Below, in pieces: positions 37,093-46,891 of a stretch of DNA of 53,545 bases. The notes below the pieces were generated by a model, which saw nothing but the letters and a program-made list of their open reading frames with translations, searched no databases and had not been told where the DNA came from. Each line of letters starts with the position of its first letter. Position 1 is the stretch's first letter. The translations under genes and the position numbers were made by a program. Source of the stretch: Chloroflexota bacterium (GTDB lineage: Bacteria > Chloroflexota > UBA6077 > SHYK01); contig JACQOR010000081.1 in assembly GCA_016202435.1 (NCBI GenBank), positions 1 through 53,545 on the forward strand. The letters run 5' to 3'.

Positions 37093-38087
37093 CACGAGTT
37101 CGTCCAAGAAAGGCCGGAAATCGGATCGACTCCGAATTGAACGGTCACGGCGCTGGGTTTTCTTGACGACACGAGCTCAGGGCCAGCTAGAACGATGTCG
37201 ACGCTATAGATCTCGAAGGCTCCGTTTCCCATGCCGATGAAAGCTACGGCGTTGCCGAGCGGTGACCAGACCGGACTCCGCGCTATCTCCGGCTCGGCAA
37301 CCGGCACCGGCCGGTCGGGATTCTTGATGTCAGCGATCCAGACCACATTCTTGCCGGCCTCCCGAGTGACGTAGGCAAGGTATTCGCCGTCGGGCGACCA
37401 TGCCGGGTCGTAGGCGCCTCGTTCGGCGTTCGTAAGCGCCCGCGCGCCAGTGGGGCGAGACACGTCGATGAGGTATATCTGGCTCTGGCCGCCGAGGAAC
37501 CGGGTCGCCGCGATGAAACGGCCATCGGGTGACCACGCAAAAGAATCGATGGCGTCGAGACCGTGAGCGGCAAACGTAATCTGCCGCGATCCGGTGCCGT
37601 CCACGTTCATGCGCCACAGCATCGGATAGAACGACGCCCGGTCAGTGATAAAGGCGATGCTCTGACCGTCGGGAGACCAATGAGGTTGGAAAGCCCAATC
37701 GCTACTGTCCAGAGGATTTCGGCGGTTTCTCGTGATCTGCCGCGGCTCGGTGCCGTCTGCACCCATCACAAATAGCTCCGAGTACCCCTGGTACATCCCC
37801 ACCGCGACGATTCTCGCTCCGTCGCCGGAGGTGTCGGGCTGCAACCAGCCGCCTTCACGCGTAACCGGCTCGACGCGTCCGTTGGACAGTGACCAGATGT
37901 CCCCGGCGCGTGCGAAAGTTATTCGCCCTGGCAGAGCAGCGCCAACCGTTGCCCTCGAGGCCTCAGGCGGCTCAAGGGCAACAGCGAGTTTCATACTTGC
38001 AACGAGAGCGCCGCCGACGGCGCAGGCCAACAGAACGCCCAGTTGCGCCTTCCGGAAGAATTGCCAACCGATGGTCATCATCTGCAC
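37092..38087 (-). CDS. TolB-like PD40 beta-propeller protein
   Basis: N-terminal hydrophobic anchor/signal; repeated P.WSPDG..IAF units. Confidence 0.88.
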   Translation of the reverse strand: MQMMTIGWQFFRKAQLGVLLACAVGGALVASMKLAVALEPPEASRATVGAALPGRITFARAGDIWSLSNGRVEPVTREGGWLQPDTSGDGARIVAVGMYQGYSELFVMGADGTEPRQITRNRRNPLDSSDWAFQPHWSPDGQSIAFITDRASFYPMLWRMNVDGTGSRQITFAAHGLDAIDSFAWSPDGRFIAATRFLGGQSQIYLIDVSRPTGARALTNAERGAYDPAWSPDGEYLAYVTREAGKNVVWIADIKNPDRPVPVAEPEIARSPVWSPLGNAVAFIGMGNGAFEIYSVDIVLAGPELVSSRKPSAVTVQFGVDPISGLSWTNS

Positions 38088-38098
38088 TCTCGGGCCAA

Positions 38099-39189
38099 CT
38101 AGGCCATTGCGTCTGGCGAGGCAGCCTGATGGGAGCGGCTCACCGCGCTCGCCAGGGAAGTGTATCCGCGAGCGACCATCATTCCGGGCAGCTCGTCCGC
38201 GATCGTCATGGCGGTGCGCGGTTCCACAAAGGTCGTGGTACCCACTTCGACCGCCGTCGCGCCGGCCAGAATGAATTCGAGAGCGTCTTCCGTGGAGCTG
38301 ATCCCGCCCATCCCGATGACCGGAACGGTGACTGCCTTGCTAGCTTGGTAGACGAGCCAAACCGCGATGGGGTGAATGGCGGGTCCCGAAAGGCCTCCCC
38401 ATCCCCCTCCGAGGACAGGCCTTCCGGTCCACGTGTCGATCTTCATGCCCCTTAATGCATCCACCAGCACAATCGCGTCCGCCCCCGCCAACTCGGCCGC
38501 GCGAGCGAGGCTGTGGACATCCGAGGTCTGGGGTGGAAGTTCGGCCAGGAGCGGCAATCCTGTCCGGGTGCGCGCCGCGCTCACTATAGCCTCCACTCTT
38601 GCCGTTCTTACCATCTCTGGGTATTCATGCTCCAAAGGCTCGGCCGAGGCGAGGTTGATTTCCAAACCTCGCAGCCCAGGCAACTCGTCCAGCTCGCCCG
38701 CAGGTAGGCGAAATCGTCCACGGTACTCCACTTGCGGCGGGAGTAAGCGGGATGGGAGCAGCCAGGCAGCCGTATGCGCCTCGACGGCGAATGTCACGCT
38801 TCTGCCCCGTGCCAGCGCGAGTTCCGCGAGGCCGATAACTGGTAACGTGTTGAACCCCCCGCCGACCAGCAACAGGTGCCGGGCGCCGCGGTCAACGTGA
38901 AACCGCGGCCTTGCGGACCCAGGCAGTCCAGAATGTCTGTCGGCTGGCGGTCGGCAATCCAGTTGGACGCCGGCCCAGCCCGCCAAACGGCAAGGTCCAT
39001 CTCTTCACCGTCAACCCGACACACGCTCATTGGGCGCCGCAGGAGCGGATCGTTCGAGGTCCCACACCCAATGTGTACAAACTGCCCTGCCCTGACCTGC
39101 CGGGCAAGGGGCCCGACATGAAGTGTGAGCAAGTGAGTGGACGGCGTGATGGCGCTATTTGCACTGACCGTGCCCAGAAAACGGGTCAA
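38099..39189 (-). pseudogene. Broken pyrK'-'pyrD fusion (dihydroorotate dehydrogenase B electron-transfer and catalytic subunits)
   Basis: PyrK N-part (AGQF, LRRPMS, GPQGRGF) is frameshifted at ~38900 into LLLVGGG...PPQVEY. It then joins a PyrD C-half (EINL, GGLSGPAIHP, IGMGGI, AGATAVEVGT). The PyrK Fe-S C-terminus and the PyrD N-terminus are absent. Confidence 0.8.
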
Positions 39190-42100
39190 GCCCGAACGTG
39201 CTCCCTGCCGGTTACCGATTCCGGATCGAAGGACCAGTAGCTCGTAACCGGCAGAACCTCAAATGAACCGTCACCCGAAGCGATGCATTCGGCCACCACC
39301 CTCGCGGTGTCCAAGGAAGTAAAACACGGAATTCGGCGCTCGGTAGCCGCCCGCCGAATCTCGAATCCGTCACGAAACTGGTCACGCCGCGCAGACGGGC
39401 CAACGATGGTGTTCACCACGCCCTGAACCAGGCCTTCGGTGATGACATCGACCACATTAGGATGGCCTTCATCGAGTTTCTTAGTGCTCATAACGACCGG
39501 AATTCCGAGCGCCTCGATGAGACCAGCTGTACCCTCCGTTGCGTAGAGACGGTACCCGAGGGCAGCGAACGATCGGATGATTGGGATCGCTTCTGGCTTG
39601 TCTGCATCGTCGATCGAGAAGAGCAGCGCTCCGTTCCGCGGCAGCATGAGCCCAGCGGCAATGAGGGCCTTCATCATCGCCGGTCGGTAGCTGCGATCGA
39701 TGCCCATGACTTCTCCGGTCGACTTCATCTCCGGGCCGAGGTAGGAGTCCACGCGAGGTAGCTTAGACATGGAGAAAACCGGAGCCTTGACGGCTACCAG
39801 ATCCTGAATGGGCCACAGGCCATCCAGGTATCCTTGCTGCGCGAGGGACTCTCCGAGCATTATCCGGGTTGCCACGCTGACCAGAGGCACACCGGTGACC
39901 TTGCTGATGAAAGGCACCGTCCGGCTCGCTCGCGGGTTGACCTCGATAACGTAGAGGTTTTCCTCAAAGAGCACGTACTGCACGTTGAAGATGCCGCGGA
40001 GGCCCAGACCGAGGCCGAGCTTCCTCGTGTAGTCGACCACTGTATCTGCTTCCGCCGGGGAGATCGCGAGGGCGGGATAGACTGCCATGGAGTCCCCTGA
40101 GTGGACACCGGCTCGTTCAATATGGCCCATGATCCCCGGAATCAGCACTCGAGCGCCGTCGCAGACAGCGTCGATTTCGATCTCTCTGCCGGCGAGGTAT
40201 TTATCGATGAGCACGGGATGGACCGAAGATAGCTCGGTTGCCGCGGCCACATACCGAATCAAGTCCGCCGGGCCGTGGACGATCTCCATGGCGCGCCCGC
40301 CAAGCACGTAGGACGGGCGGACCAGCACGGGGTAGCCGATCCGCTCAGCTGTGCGGAGCGCATCTTCGACGTTCCGTACACCGGCGCCTGGAGGCTGGGG
40401 GAGTCCGAGGCTAGTAAGCAACCGCTCGAACTGGCGTCGGTCTTCCGCGAGATCGATTGCCTGCACCGCGCTGCCGAGTATCTTGGCACCGGACCTGTGC
40501 AGGGCCTCTGCGAGATTGATTGCCGTTTGTCCGCCGAATTGCACGATTACCGGGGGCGCAGAGGTGAGAGGCGACTCGCCTGCCTCATTTTCGAGGATGT
40601 CGCGCACACTCTCTTCGTCCAGCGGCTCGAAGTACAGACGGCTTGAGGAGTCGAAGTCCGTGCTGACCGTTTCGGGGTTGCTGTTGACCATGATGCTTTG
40701 AACGTCTGCGTCTTTGAGCGCCAGAGCTGACCGCACGCTGCAGTAGTCGAACTCAATGCCCTGACCAATCCGAATGGGGCCGGATCCGATGACCAGCGTT
40801 CCCCGTCCGCCTAGTGGCTCGGCCTCGTTCTCAGTTTCGTAGGTGCTGTAGAAGTACGGCGTGCCCGCAGCGAACTCTGCGGCGCACGTGTCGACCATGC
40901 TATAGGTAGGGCGAATCTTCCAATCCGCCCGCAACGTCCGGACCTGCTCCGGAAGCTTGTCCGATAACGTCCCGATCTGAACGTCGGAAAAGCCCATCCG
41001 TTTCGCCTGGTAGAGCAGCTTGGGAGTGAGGGGCTGCCGTAGGAGGTCCCGCTCGGTCGCCACGATGCTCTCGATCTTTGCCAGGAAGAACGGGTCAATC
41101 CCCGAAATCTCGGCAATCCGGTCCCGGCTGACACCGCGTCGGAGCGCGGCTGAGATGGCCCACAGTCGCTGGTCATTGGGCTCTTCGATGAGCGGGAGGA
41201 TGATCTCCAGCGGATCGTACTCCGACGTGCTCCACGCGCGATCTTCCCATTGGAGCGATCGGCCGCCAATCTCCAGCGAGCGCACCGCCTTCTGGAGCGC
41301 GGCCTCAAAGGATCGCTCGATCGCCATCACCTCTCCGGTGGATTTCATCTGAGTATTGATCGTGCGCTCGCCGCTGGCGAACTTATCGAAGGGCCACCGG
41401 GGGATCTTGACGACCACGTAGTCGAGCGCCGGCTCGAAGGCGGCCGTGGTGCGCTCGGTTACCGAGTTCGGGATTTCGTGCAACCTCCGCCCAATCGCAA
41501 TCTTGGCGGCGACACGCGCGATTGGATAGCCCGTGGCTTTGGACGCCAATGCAGACGACCGGCTCACCCGGGGATTGACCTCAATTACGTGGTAGTGGTG
41601 TGAGCGGGGATCGAGCGCGAACTGAATGTTGCAGCCGCCTTCCACTCCGAGCGCACGGATAATCTTGATCGCTGCGGAGCGGAGCATCTGGTACTCGAAA
41701 TCCGAGAGCGTCTGACTGGGCGCCACGACTATTGAGTCTCCGGTGTGGACGCCCATAGGGTCGAAGTTCTCCATGTTGCAGATCGTGATGCAGTTGTCCG
41801 CTCCGTCCCGCAACACCTCGTACTCGATCTCTTTCCAGCCCGTGAGAGATTTCTCGATGAGCACCTGGCCGATGGGGCTGAGCGTGATGCCGGCACCCAC
41901 TACCGCGCGCAGCTCCGACCCGCTCCTTCCAAAACCGCCCCCTGTGCCCCCCAGTGTGAAGGCCGGACGAACCACCACCGGGTAGCCAATCACATCGGCG
42001 ATCCGGAGAGCTTCGTCGATACTGCGCGCAATTGCACTCTCCGGCACTGGCTCGCCGATGCTGAGAAGCAGATTCTTGAAGAGTTCTCGATCCTCGGCCT

Positions 42101-42467
42101 GGCGCAGGGTGGTGAGCGGAGTTCCAAGAAGCCTCACATCGTGGCGTTCCAGCACGCCTGCTTCGGCCAGGTCGACAGCCAGATTCAGTCCGGTCTGTCC
42201 ACCGAGCGTTGGCAACAGCCCGTCCGGTTGCTCCCGGACGATGATCCGCTCGATAACGTCTACGGTAAGCGGCTCAACGTAGACCGCGTCAGCGATGTCC
42301 GCATCAGTCATGATCGTTGCCGGATTGGAGTTCACCAGGACGGTGTAGACGCCTTCTTCGCGCAACGCCTTGCAGGCCTGAGTACCCGCGTAGTCGAATT
42401 CGGCGGCTTGCCCGATTACGATGGGGCCAGAACCAATGACGAGGACTTTCCGGGGACTCTCCCTCAT
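39186..42467 (-). CDS. carB: Carbamoyl-phosphate synthase large subunit
   Basis: [15 protein letters not shown], two ATP-grasp halves, MGS domain; start ATG 42467. Confidence 0.98.
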   Translation of the reverse strand: MRESPRKVLVIGSGPIVIGQAAEFDYAGTQACKALREEGVYTVLVNSNPATIMTDADIADAVYVEPLTVDVIERIIVREQPDGLLPTLGGQTGLNLAVDLAEAGVLERHDVRLLGTPLTTLRQAEDRELFKNLLLSIGEPVPESAIARSIDEALRIADVIGYPVVVRPAFTLGGTGGGFGRSGSELRAVVGAGITLSPIGQVLIEKSLTGWKEIEYEVLRDGADNCITICNMENFDPMGVHTGDSIVVAPSQTLSDFEYQMLRSAAIKIIRALGVEGGCNIQFALDPRSHHYHVIEVNPRVSRSSALASKATGYPIARVAAKIAIGRRLHEIPNSVTERTTAAFEPALDYVVVKIPRWPFDKFASGERTINTQMKSTGEVMAIERSFEAALQKAVRSLEIGGRSLQWEDRAWSTSEYDPLEIILPLIEEPNDQRLWAISAALRRGVSRDRIAEISGIDPFFLAKIESIVATERDLLRQPLTPKLLYQAKRMGFSDVQIGTLSDKLPEQVRTLRADWKIRPTYSMVDTCAAEFAAGTPYFYSTYETENEAEPLGGRGTLVIGSGPIRIGQGIEFDYCSVRSALALKDADVQSIMVNSNPETVSTDFDSSSRLYFEPLDEESVRDILENEAGESPLTSAPPVIVQFGGQTAINLAEALHRSGAKILGSAVQAIDLAEDRRQFERLLTSLGLPQPPGAGVRNVEDALRTAERIGYPVLVRPSYVLGGRAMEIVHGPADLIRYVAAATELSSVHPVLIDKYLAGREIEIDAVCDGARVLIPGIMGHIERAGVHSGDSMAVYPALAISPAEADTVVDYTRKLGLGLGLRGIFNVQYVLFEENLYVIEVNPRASRTVPFISKVTGVPLVSVATRIMLGESLAQQGYLDGLWPIQDLVAVKAPVFSMSKLPRVDSYLGPEMKSTGEVMGIDRSYRPAMMKALIAAGLMLPRNGALLFSIDDADKPEAIPIIRSFAALGYRLYATEGTAGLIEALGIPVVMSTKKLDEGHPNVVDVITEGLVQGVVNTIVGPSARRDQFRDGFEIRRAATERRIPCFTSLDTARVVAECIASGDGSFEVLPVTSYWSFDPESVTGREHVRA

Positions 42468-43726
42468 CGAGCCTGAGTCTTCGCGGGCAGAAATCCGCTT
42501 TTCTCCGGGGCCCGCTCCAGGGCACCCCAACCCGGAATGGGCCTCTCAACCAGATCGAGAAATCGCTCAAAAATGTACTGGTTGTCCTGGGGCCCCGGAC
42601 ACCCCTCAGGGTGGTATTGCACCGAGAACGCGGGAAGCTCCCGGTGGGCGAGGCCCTCGACGGAACCGTCGTTCAAGTTCAGCATGGAGACTCGAAATCC
42701 AGAACGTTCGGAGATCGACGCGGCGTCAACCTGGAATTCGTGGTTCTGTGAAGTGATGTGGATGCGATCGGTGGCCAGGTCTCGCACCGGATGGTTTCCC
42801 CCGTGGTGGCCAAACTTCAGGCGGCTGGTCGTGCCGCCGGCGGCCAATCCGAGAATCTGGTGGCCGAGGCAGATCCCGAGAAAAGGAATTCCGCGCGCGA
42901 GCACGCCTCGCGCCATCAGGGCTGCTTGTTGCATGCGCGCCGGATCACCAGGTCCATTCGAGACTACCACGCCTTCAGCTCCGGTTTCTCGAATCTGCGC
43001 TTCCGTGGCGGTCCACGGCAGTACGATGGGCTCGGCGCCGCGGGCCGCGAGCGAACGCACGATGTTGTGCTTGATGCCACAGTCCACCACGGCGATGCGC
43101 CTGGCGGCCCGCATTACCGCGTGCGCTGTCGTCCGCTCGGTCCGGAGCGCCGTCCCCGCCGGGTCAGAGACCCCGGCGACCAAATTCTGGCTGGACAGCA
43201 ACGGCGTCGTTCGCGCCAGTTCGATCAGACGGTGCACCCCGTCTTCGAGCGATACGGCAGAGCGAAGTGCGCCCAGGGCCGCGCGCATCGTGCCCCGTTC
43301 CCGCAGATGCCGGGTAAGCGCTCGGGTGTCAACGCCCTCCAACCCGGGGATTCCGGCGGCTGCGAGGAACTCGCCGAGGCTCTCCGTCATCAGCCAATGA
43401 TTCGGAACCGGGGCCACTTCTCGAACGATCAGAGCTGTCAGCCAAGGCCGCGCCGACTCAGTCGCCTCACGTTGAACTCCATAATTGCCCACTTGTGGAT
43501 AGGTGAGGACGACCATCTGGCCGCGATAAGAAGGGTCAGTTGCGATCTCCTGGTAGCCCGCCATGCTCGTGTTGAAGACAATCTCGCCGCGAGCCACGGA
43601 GTCCGAATGGGACGACTCCAGGGGTGCGCCGAACGATTTGCCGAAGAACACTCTTCCGTCCTCGAGAGCGAGCATCGCGTCGGCTGCAGCCAGCTCGGCG
43701 AAATGGAACCCGGCTTGGTGGTTCAC
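42464..43726 (-). CDS. carA: Carbamoyl-phosphate synthase small subunit
   Basis: [30 protein letters not shown]. Confidence 0.98.
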   Translation of the reverse strand: MNHQAGFHFAELAAADAMLALEDGRVFFGKSFGAPLESSHSDSVARGEIVFNTSMAGYQEIATDPSYRGQMVVLTYPQVGNYGVQREATESARPWLTALIVREVAPVPNHWLMTESLGEFLAAAGIPGLEGVDTRALTRHLRERGTMRAALGALRSAVSLEDGVHRLIELARTTPLLSSQNLVAGVSDPAGTALRTERTTAHAVMRAARRIAVVDCGIKHNIVRSLAARGAEPIVLPWTATEAQIRETGAEGVVVSNGPGDPARMQQAALMARGVLARGIPFLGICLGHQILGLAAGGTTSRLKFGHHGGNHPVRDLATDRIHITSQNHEFQVDAASISERSGFRVSMLNLNDGSVEGLAHRELPAFSVQYHPEGCPGPQDNQYIFERFLDLVERPIPGWGALERAPEKSGFLPAKTQAR

Positions 43727-45042
43727 GGTCGCTCGGCCGCGGTTGAGTCGTAGACCACATTCCCCTGGACCAGAGTCGCTCGAACTTGGCCGCGGAGTGT
43801 CTGGCCATCGAGGGGCGTGTTCTTACCCCGGGAGAAAAACCGCGCAGATGCCACCTTCCAGCTGGCTCCGGGATCGAAGATCACCACGTCCCCCGATGCT
43901 CCCGGCGCCAGGGTGCCGTAAGGAAGTCCAAAAACTCGACACGGTTCCGATGTGAGCCGGCGCACGAGGTCCGGAAGTGTGAGCTGGCCAGATTCAACGA
44001 GCTTCATTAAGCTCCCCAGCGCGGTTTCGAAGCCGGAGATTCCGAAGGCCGCTTCGTTGTACGTGCAGTCCTTGTCAATGGACCGATGGGGAGCGTGGTC
44101 TGTGGCGATGGCATCGATCAGGCCTTCGGCGAGAGCCTCCACCAGTGACAGCCGGTCTGCCTCGGTTCGTAGCGGTGGGTTCACCTTGGTTCGCGTATCG
44201 TAGAGGCACCGCGCGCCATCATTCTCTGACCCCAGCACCCATTCCTCTGTCATCGTCAAATGGTGTGGGGTGACCTCCGCGGTGATCGGGAGGCCGTCAC
44301 GCTTCGCGGCTCTCAGGAGCGCCACTGACCCCTGAGTGGACAGATGGGCCACGTGCAGGCGACCCCCAGTCAGCCGAGCAAGCTGGATATCGCGGGCGAC
44401 CATGACCTCTTCCGCGCTCGTCGGCTGTCCCTTGAGGCCGAGCAGATCCGAAATGCGCCCCTCGTTGACGACGCCGCCTTGGGCCAGACGGGGATCTTCG
44501 CAGTGATCGACCACAGGACGGCCATGACGTCGGCTCAACTCGAGTGCAAAGCGCATCAACCGGGCATCCCAAACTGGTCGCCCGTCGTCGGAGAAACCGA
44601 TAGCTCCCGCGTCTGCCATCTCGCTCATGTCAGACAGTTCAAGCCCGGCCTGGTTTTGTGTGACCGTACCGAGGGGGATTACGCGTGCTCGCCCAGCACG
44701 GCGCCCGGCATTCTGCACAAATTCGATGTCCGTGCCCCGATCCAGGGTCGGCAACGTGTTTGGCATACAGCAGATAGTCGTGAAGCCGCCTGAGACGGCC
44801 GCCATCGCTCCGGTCGCGATGGTTTCCTTGTCTTCGAAGCCGGGCTCGCGGAGATGGCAATGCAGATCGACGAACCCGGGAGCCACGATCAATCCCCGCG
44901 CATCGACGTTGACATCAAACTCCCCGTCGGATTGTGCGGCGACATATCTGCCCACCCGTCCGTCCTCAATCACCACGTCTATGAAATCGTCGAGCCCCTG
45001 TGAGGGGTCGATCAGCCGGCCGCCGCTAACTCGAACTCGCGT
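43723..45042 (-). CDS. pyrC: Dihydroorotase (type I); the expected start position is an ACG codon
   Basis: PGFVDLHCHLREPG, MPNT, FSDDG, HCED, EVTPHHL, KVNPPLR, TDHAPH, KNTP. Confidence 0.93.
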   Translation of the reverse strand, partial: TRVRVSGGRLIDPSQGLDDFIDVVIEDGRVGRYVAAQSDGEFDVNVDARGLIVAPGFVDLHCHLREPGFEDKETIATGAMAAVSGGFTTICCMPNTLPTLDRGTDIEFVQNAGRRAGRARVIPLGTVTQNQAGLELSDMSEMADAGAIGFSDDGRPVWDARLMRFALELSRRHGRPVVDHCEDPRLAQGGVVNEGRISDLLGLKGQPTSAEEVMVARDIQLARLTGGRLHVAHLSTQGSVALLRAAKRDGLPITAEVTPHHLTMTEEWVLGSENDGARCLYDTRTKVNPPLRTEADRLSLVEALAEGLIDAIATDHAPHRSIDKDCTYNEAAFGISGFETALGSLMKLVESGQLTLPDLVRRLTSEPCRVFGLPYGTLAPGASGDVVIFDPGASWKVASARFFSRGKNTPLDGQTLRGQVRATLVQGNVVYDSTAAERP

Positions 45043-46084
45043 GCGCCACCTCCAGAGCGGGGTGGGACCGGGTGTTGCGGTCCGAGTGCGCCTCTTCAGC
45101 GTTGGAGGCAGCCAGCAGATATAGCACGGCCATGCGGACGGCGACCCCATTCGTGACTTGGTCCGCGATCAGGGACCGGAGCCCGTGGGCCACCTCGGCG
45201 GAGATCTCGACGCCCTCGTTCATTGGGCCGGGATGCATCACCACCACGTCCGGAGTTGCTCGGCACAAACGCTCATTGGTGATGCCGTAGTCCCGCGCGT
45301 ACTCGCGCAGTGACGAGATCGGGCTGCCGTCTTGTCGTTCCCATTGGATCCGCAGGGGCATCACCACGTGAGCGTTTGTGATGGCGCGATCCAGGCTCTC
45401 TTCTGCGCTAACCGGCCACGGCGAGCCGCCAGGGGCCGTGAAGCAACTGGGCGGCAACATCGTCGGCGGCCCACAAAAGACCACCTGCGCGCCGAGCTTG
45501 GTAAGCCCCCAGGCATTCGAACGGGCGACCCGGCTATGTGCAATGTCGCCCACAATCACGATCTTCAGTCCCGCGACGTGCCCAAAGCGCTCCCGCATTG
45601 TGTATGCGTCCAGCAACGCCTGCGTGGGATGCGCGTGCGACCCGTCCCCGGCGTTGACGACGGAGATTCCGGTTTCCCGTGCAACCAGGTGCGGGGCACC
45701 CGCATCGGCATGACGCAGAACCAGAATGTCGGCACCGAGGGAGTGCAAGGTACGCACGGTATCCAACAGCGTCTCGCCCTTCTCGACGCTGCTTCCGGAA
45801 GCAGCCACGTTCACGACGTCCGCACCCAGGCTCTTGGCCGCTAATTCGAAAGATATGCGTGTGCGGGTACTGGCCTCGTAGAAAAGGTTCACCATGGTTC
45901 GGCCATTGAGCGCAGGTACCTTGTGCACCGGGCGGCCCAAGACCGCTTTCATGCGATCAGCGGTCTCCAGAGCTGCCTCTATTTCCTCGCGAGTGAAGTC
46001 ATCGAGGTCGAGCACGGAGCGACGATGCTTCCACAGCCCTGCGCCTGCAAGCTCCGGGCCTGGGTTCGGTTGCTCAGCGGCCAC
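45026..46084 (-). CDS. pyrB: Aspartate carbamoyltransferase catalytic subunit
   Basis: FYEASTRTRISF, NAGDG.H.HPTQ, HSRVARS, MHPGP. Confidence 0.98.
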   Translation of the reverse strand: MAAEQPNPGPELAGAGLWKHRRSVLDLDDFTREEIEAALETADRMKAVLGRPVHKVPALNGRTMVNLFYEASTRTRISFELAAKSLGADVVNVAASGSSVEKGETLLDTVRTLHSLGADILVLRHADAGAPHLVARETGISVVNAGDGSHAHPTQALLDAYTMRERFGHVAGLKIVIVGDIAHSRVARSNAWGLTKLGAQVVFCGPPTMLPPSCFTAPGGSPWPVSAEESLDRAITNAHVVMPLRIQWERQDGSPISSLREYARDYGITNERLCRATPDVVVMHPGPMNEGVEISAEVAHGLRSLIADQVTNGVAVRMAVLYLLAASNAEEAHSDRNTRSHPALEVAHASSS

Positions 46085-46662
46085 TACTGTGCTCCCCCCC
46101 GAAGGGCACCGACGTCCCCTTGCTTGATGATGACCTCGTCCTTGCCGTCAACCTCCGTGACCCGCACGACGATCTCATCTTCTTGAGACGTTGGCACGTT
46201 CTTGCCCACATGGTCGGGCCTAATGGGTAGCTCTCGATGGCCCCTGTCTACAAGGACCGCCAGGCCGATTGAGCGGGGCCGCCCGTAATCCATCAATGCA
46301 TCCAGCGCGGCTCGCGCCGTACGCCCCGTGTACAGCACGTCGTCCACGAGGACCACGTGTGTCTGTGTTATGTCAATCTCTGGGAATACAGTCCGATGAA
46401 GCTCCCGAGCGCCACCGGCGAGCAGATCGTCGCGATAGAGGGTGACATCGAGCTGACCTAGGGGAACCGCCACGCCTTCGAAACCCTCGATCGCTTTCTG
46501 GATCCGCGCGGCCAGCGGCACGCCCCTGGTGCAGATGCCCACGAGCAAGAGGTCGTCCGGTCCTTGATTGCGCTCGATGATCTCATGAGCCACGCGCGCG
46601 AGCGTGCGACGCATCTCGTCAGCCCCAAGAACGAGCCGTTCGCCAGAGCTCGCCGCACTCAC
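46084..46662 (-). CDS. pyrR: Bifunctional pyr operon attenuation protein/uracil PRTase
   Basis: [39 protein letters not shown]. Confidence 0.97.
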   Translation of the reverse strand: MSAASSGERLVLGADEMRRTLARVAHEIIERNQGPDDLLLVGICTRGVPLAARIQKAIEGFEGVAVPLGQLDVTLYRDDLLAGGARELHRTVFPEIDITQTHVVLVDDVLYTGRTARAALDALMDYGRPRSIGLAVLVDRGHRELPIRPDHVGKNVPTSQEDEIVVRVTEVDGKDEVIIKQGDVGALRGGAQ

Positions 46663-46683
46663 GAGTCCGTCTCACTGGGCAAC

Positions 46684-46722
46684 AAAAAAGCTCTCCGTGG
46701 CCCGTAAAGACCTCGGAAAGCC
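46684..46722 (-). terminator. Intrinsic attenuator terminator of the pyr leader
   Basis: Minus strand GGCTTTCCGAGGTC-TTTACG-GGCCACGGAGAGC followed by TTTTTT. Confidence 0.85.
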
Positions 46723-46750
46723 GTGAACTTCGAACAACGCACGACCGAAC

Positions 46751-46786
46751 TCCCTTTCCGGTCTCGCGGGGCCGGTTTAAAAGGAT
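46751..46786 (-). promoter_or_regulatory. PyrR binding site (anti-antiterminator RNA)
   Basis: CCTTTTAAACCGGCCCCGCGAGACCGGAAAGGG fits the PyrR loop pattern (TTTAA...CCNGNGAG...AAAGG); TGATACACT promoter at 46816-08. Confidence 0.88.
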
Positions 46787-46891
46787 CGCTGCCAGCGGAC
46801 GGTTGCAAGTGTATCACAAAGGGCCGAAGGTGCCCCAGCGAGGCCCGGCGGCGCAGCTTGTTTAGTTTGCCCGGGTTTCGTAGGATTCCGT

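Noticed and set aside
38895-38906. Programmed -1 frameshift in pyrK
   Set aside because: No X-XXY-YYZ slippery heptamer (GGTTTCAC), and further lesions follow, so decay or error is simpler.
42537-43753. Long plus-strand ORFs (287 and 331 aa) over carA, and similar ones over secA, ftsH, oppDF and nnr
   Set aside because: Antisense shadows of well-conserved genes caused by GC-rich codon bias.
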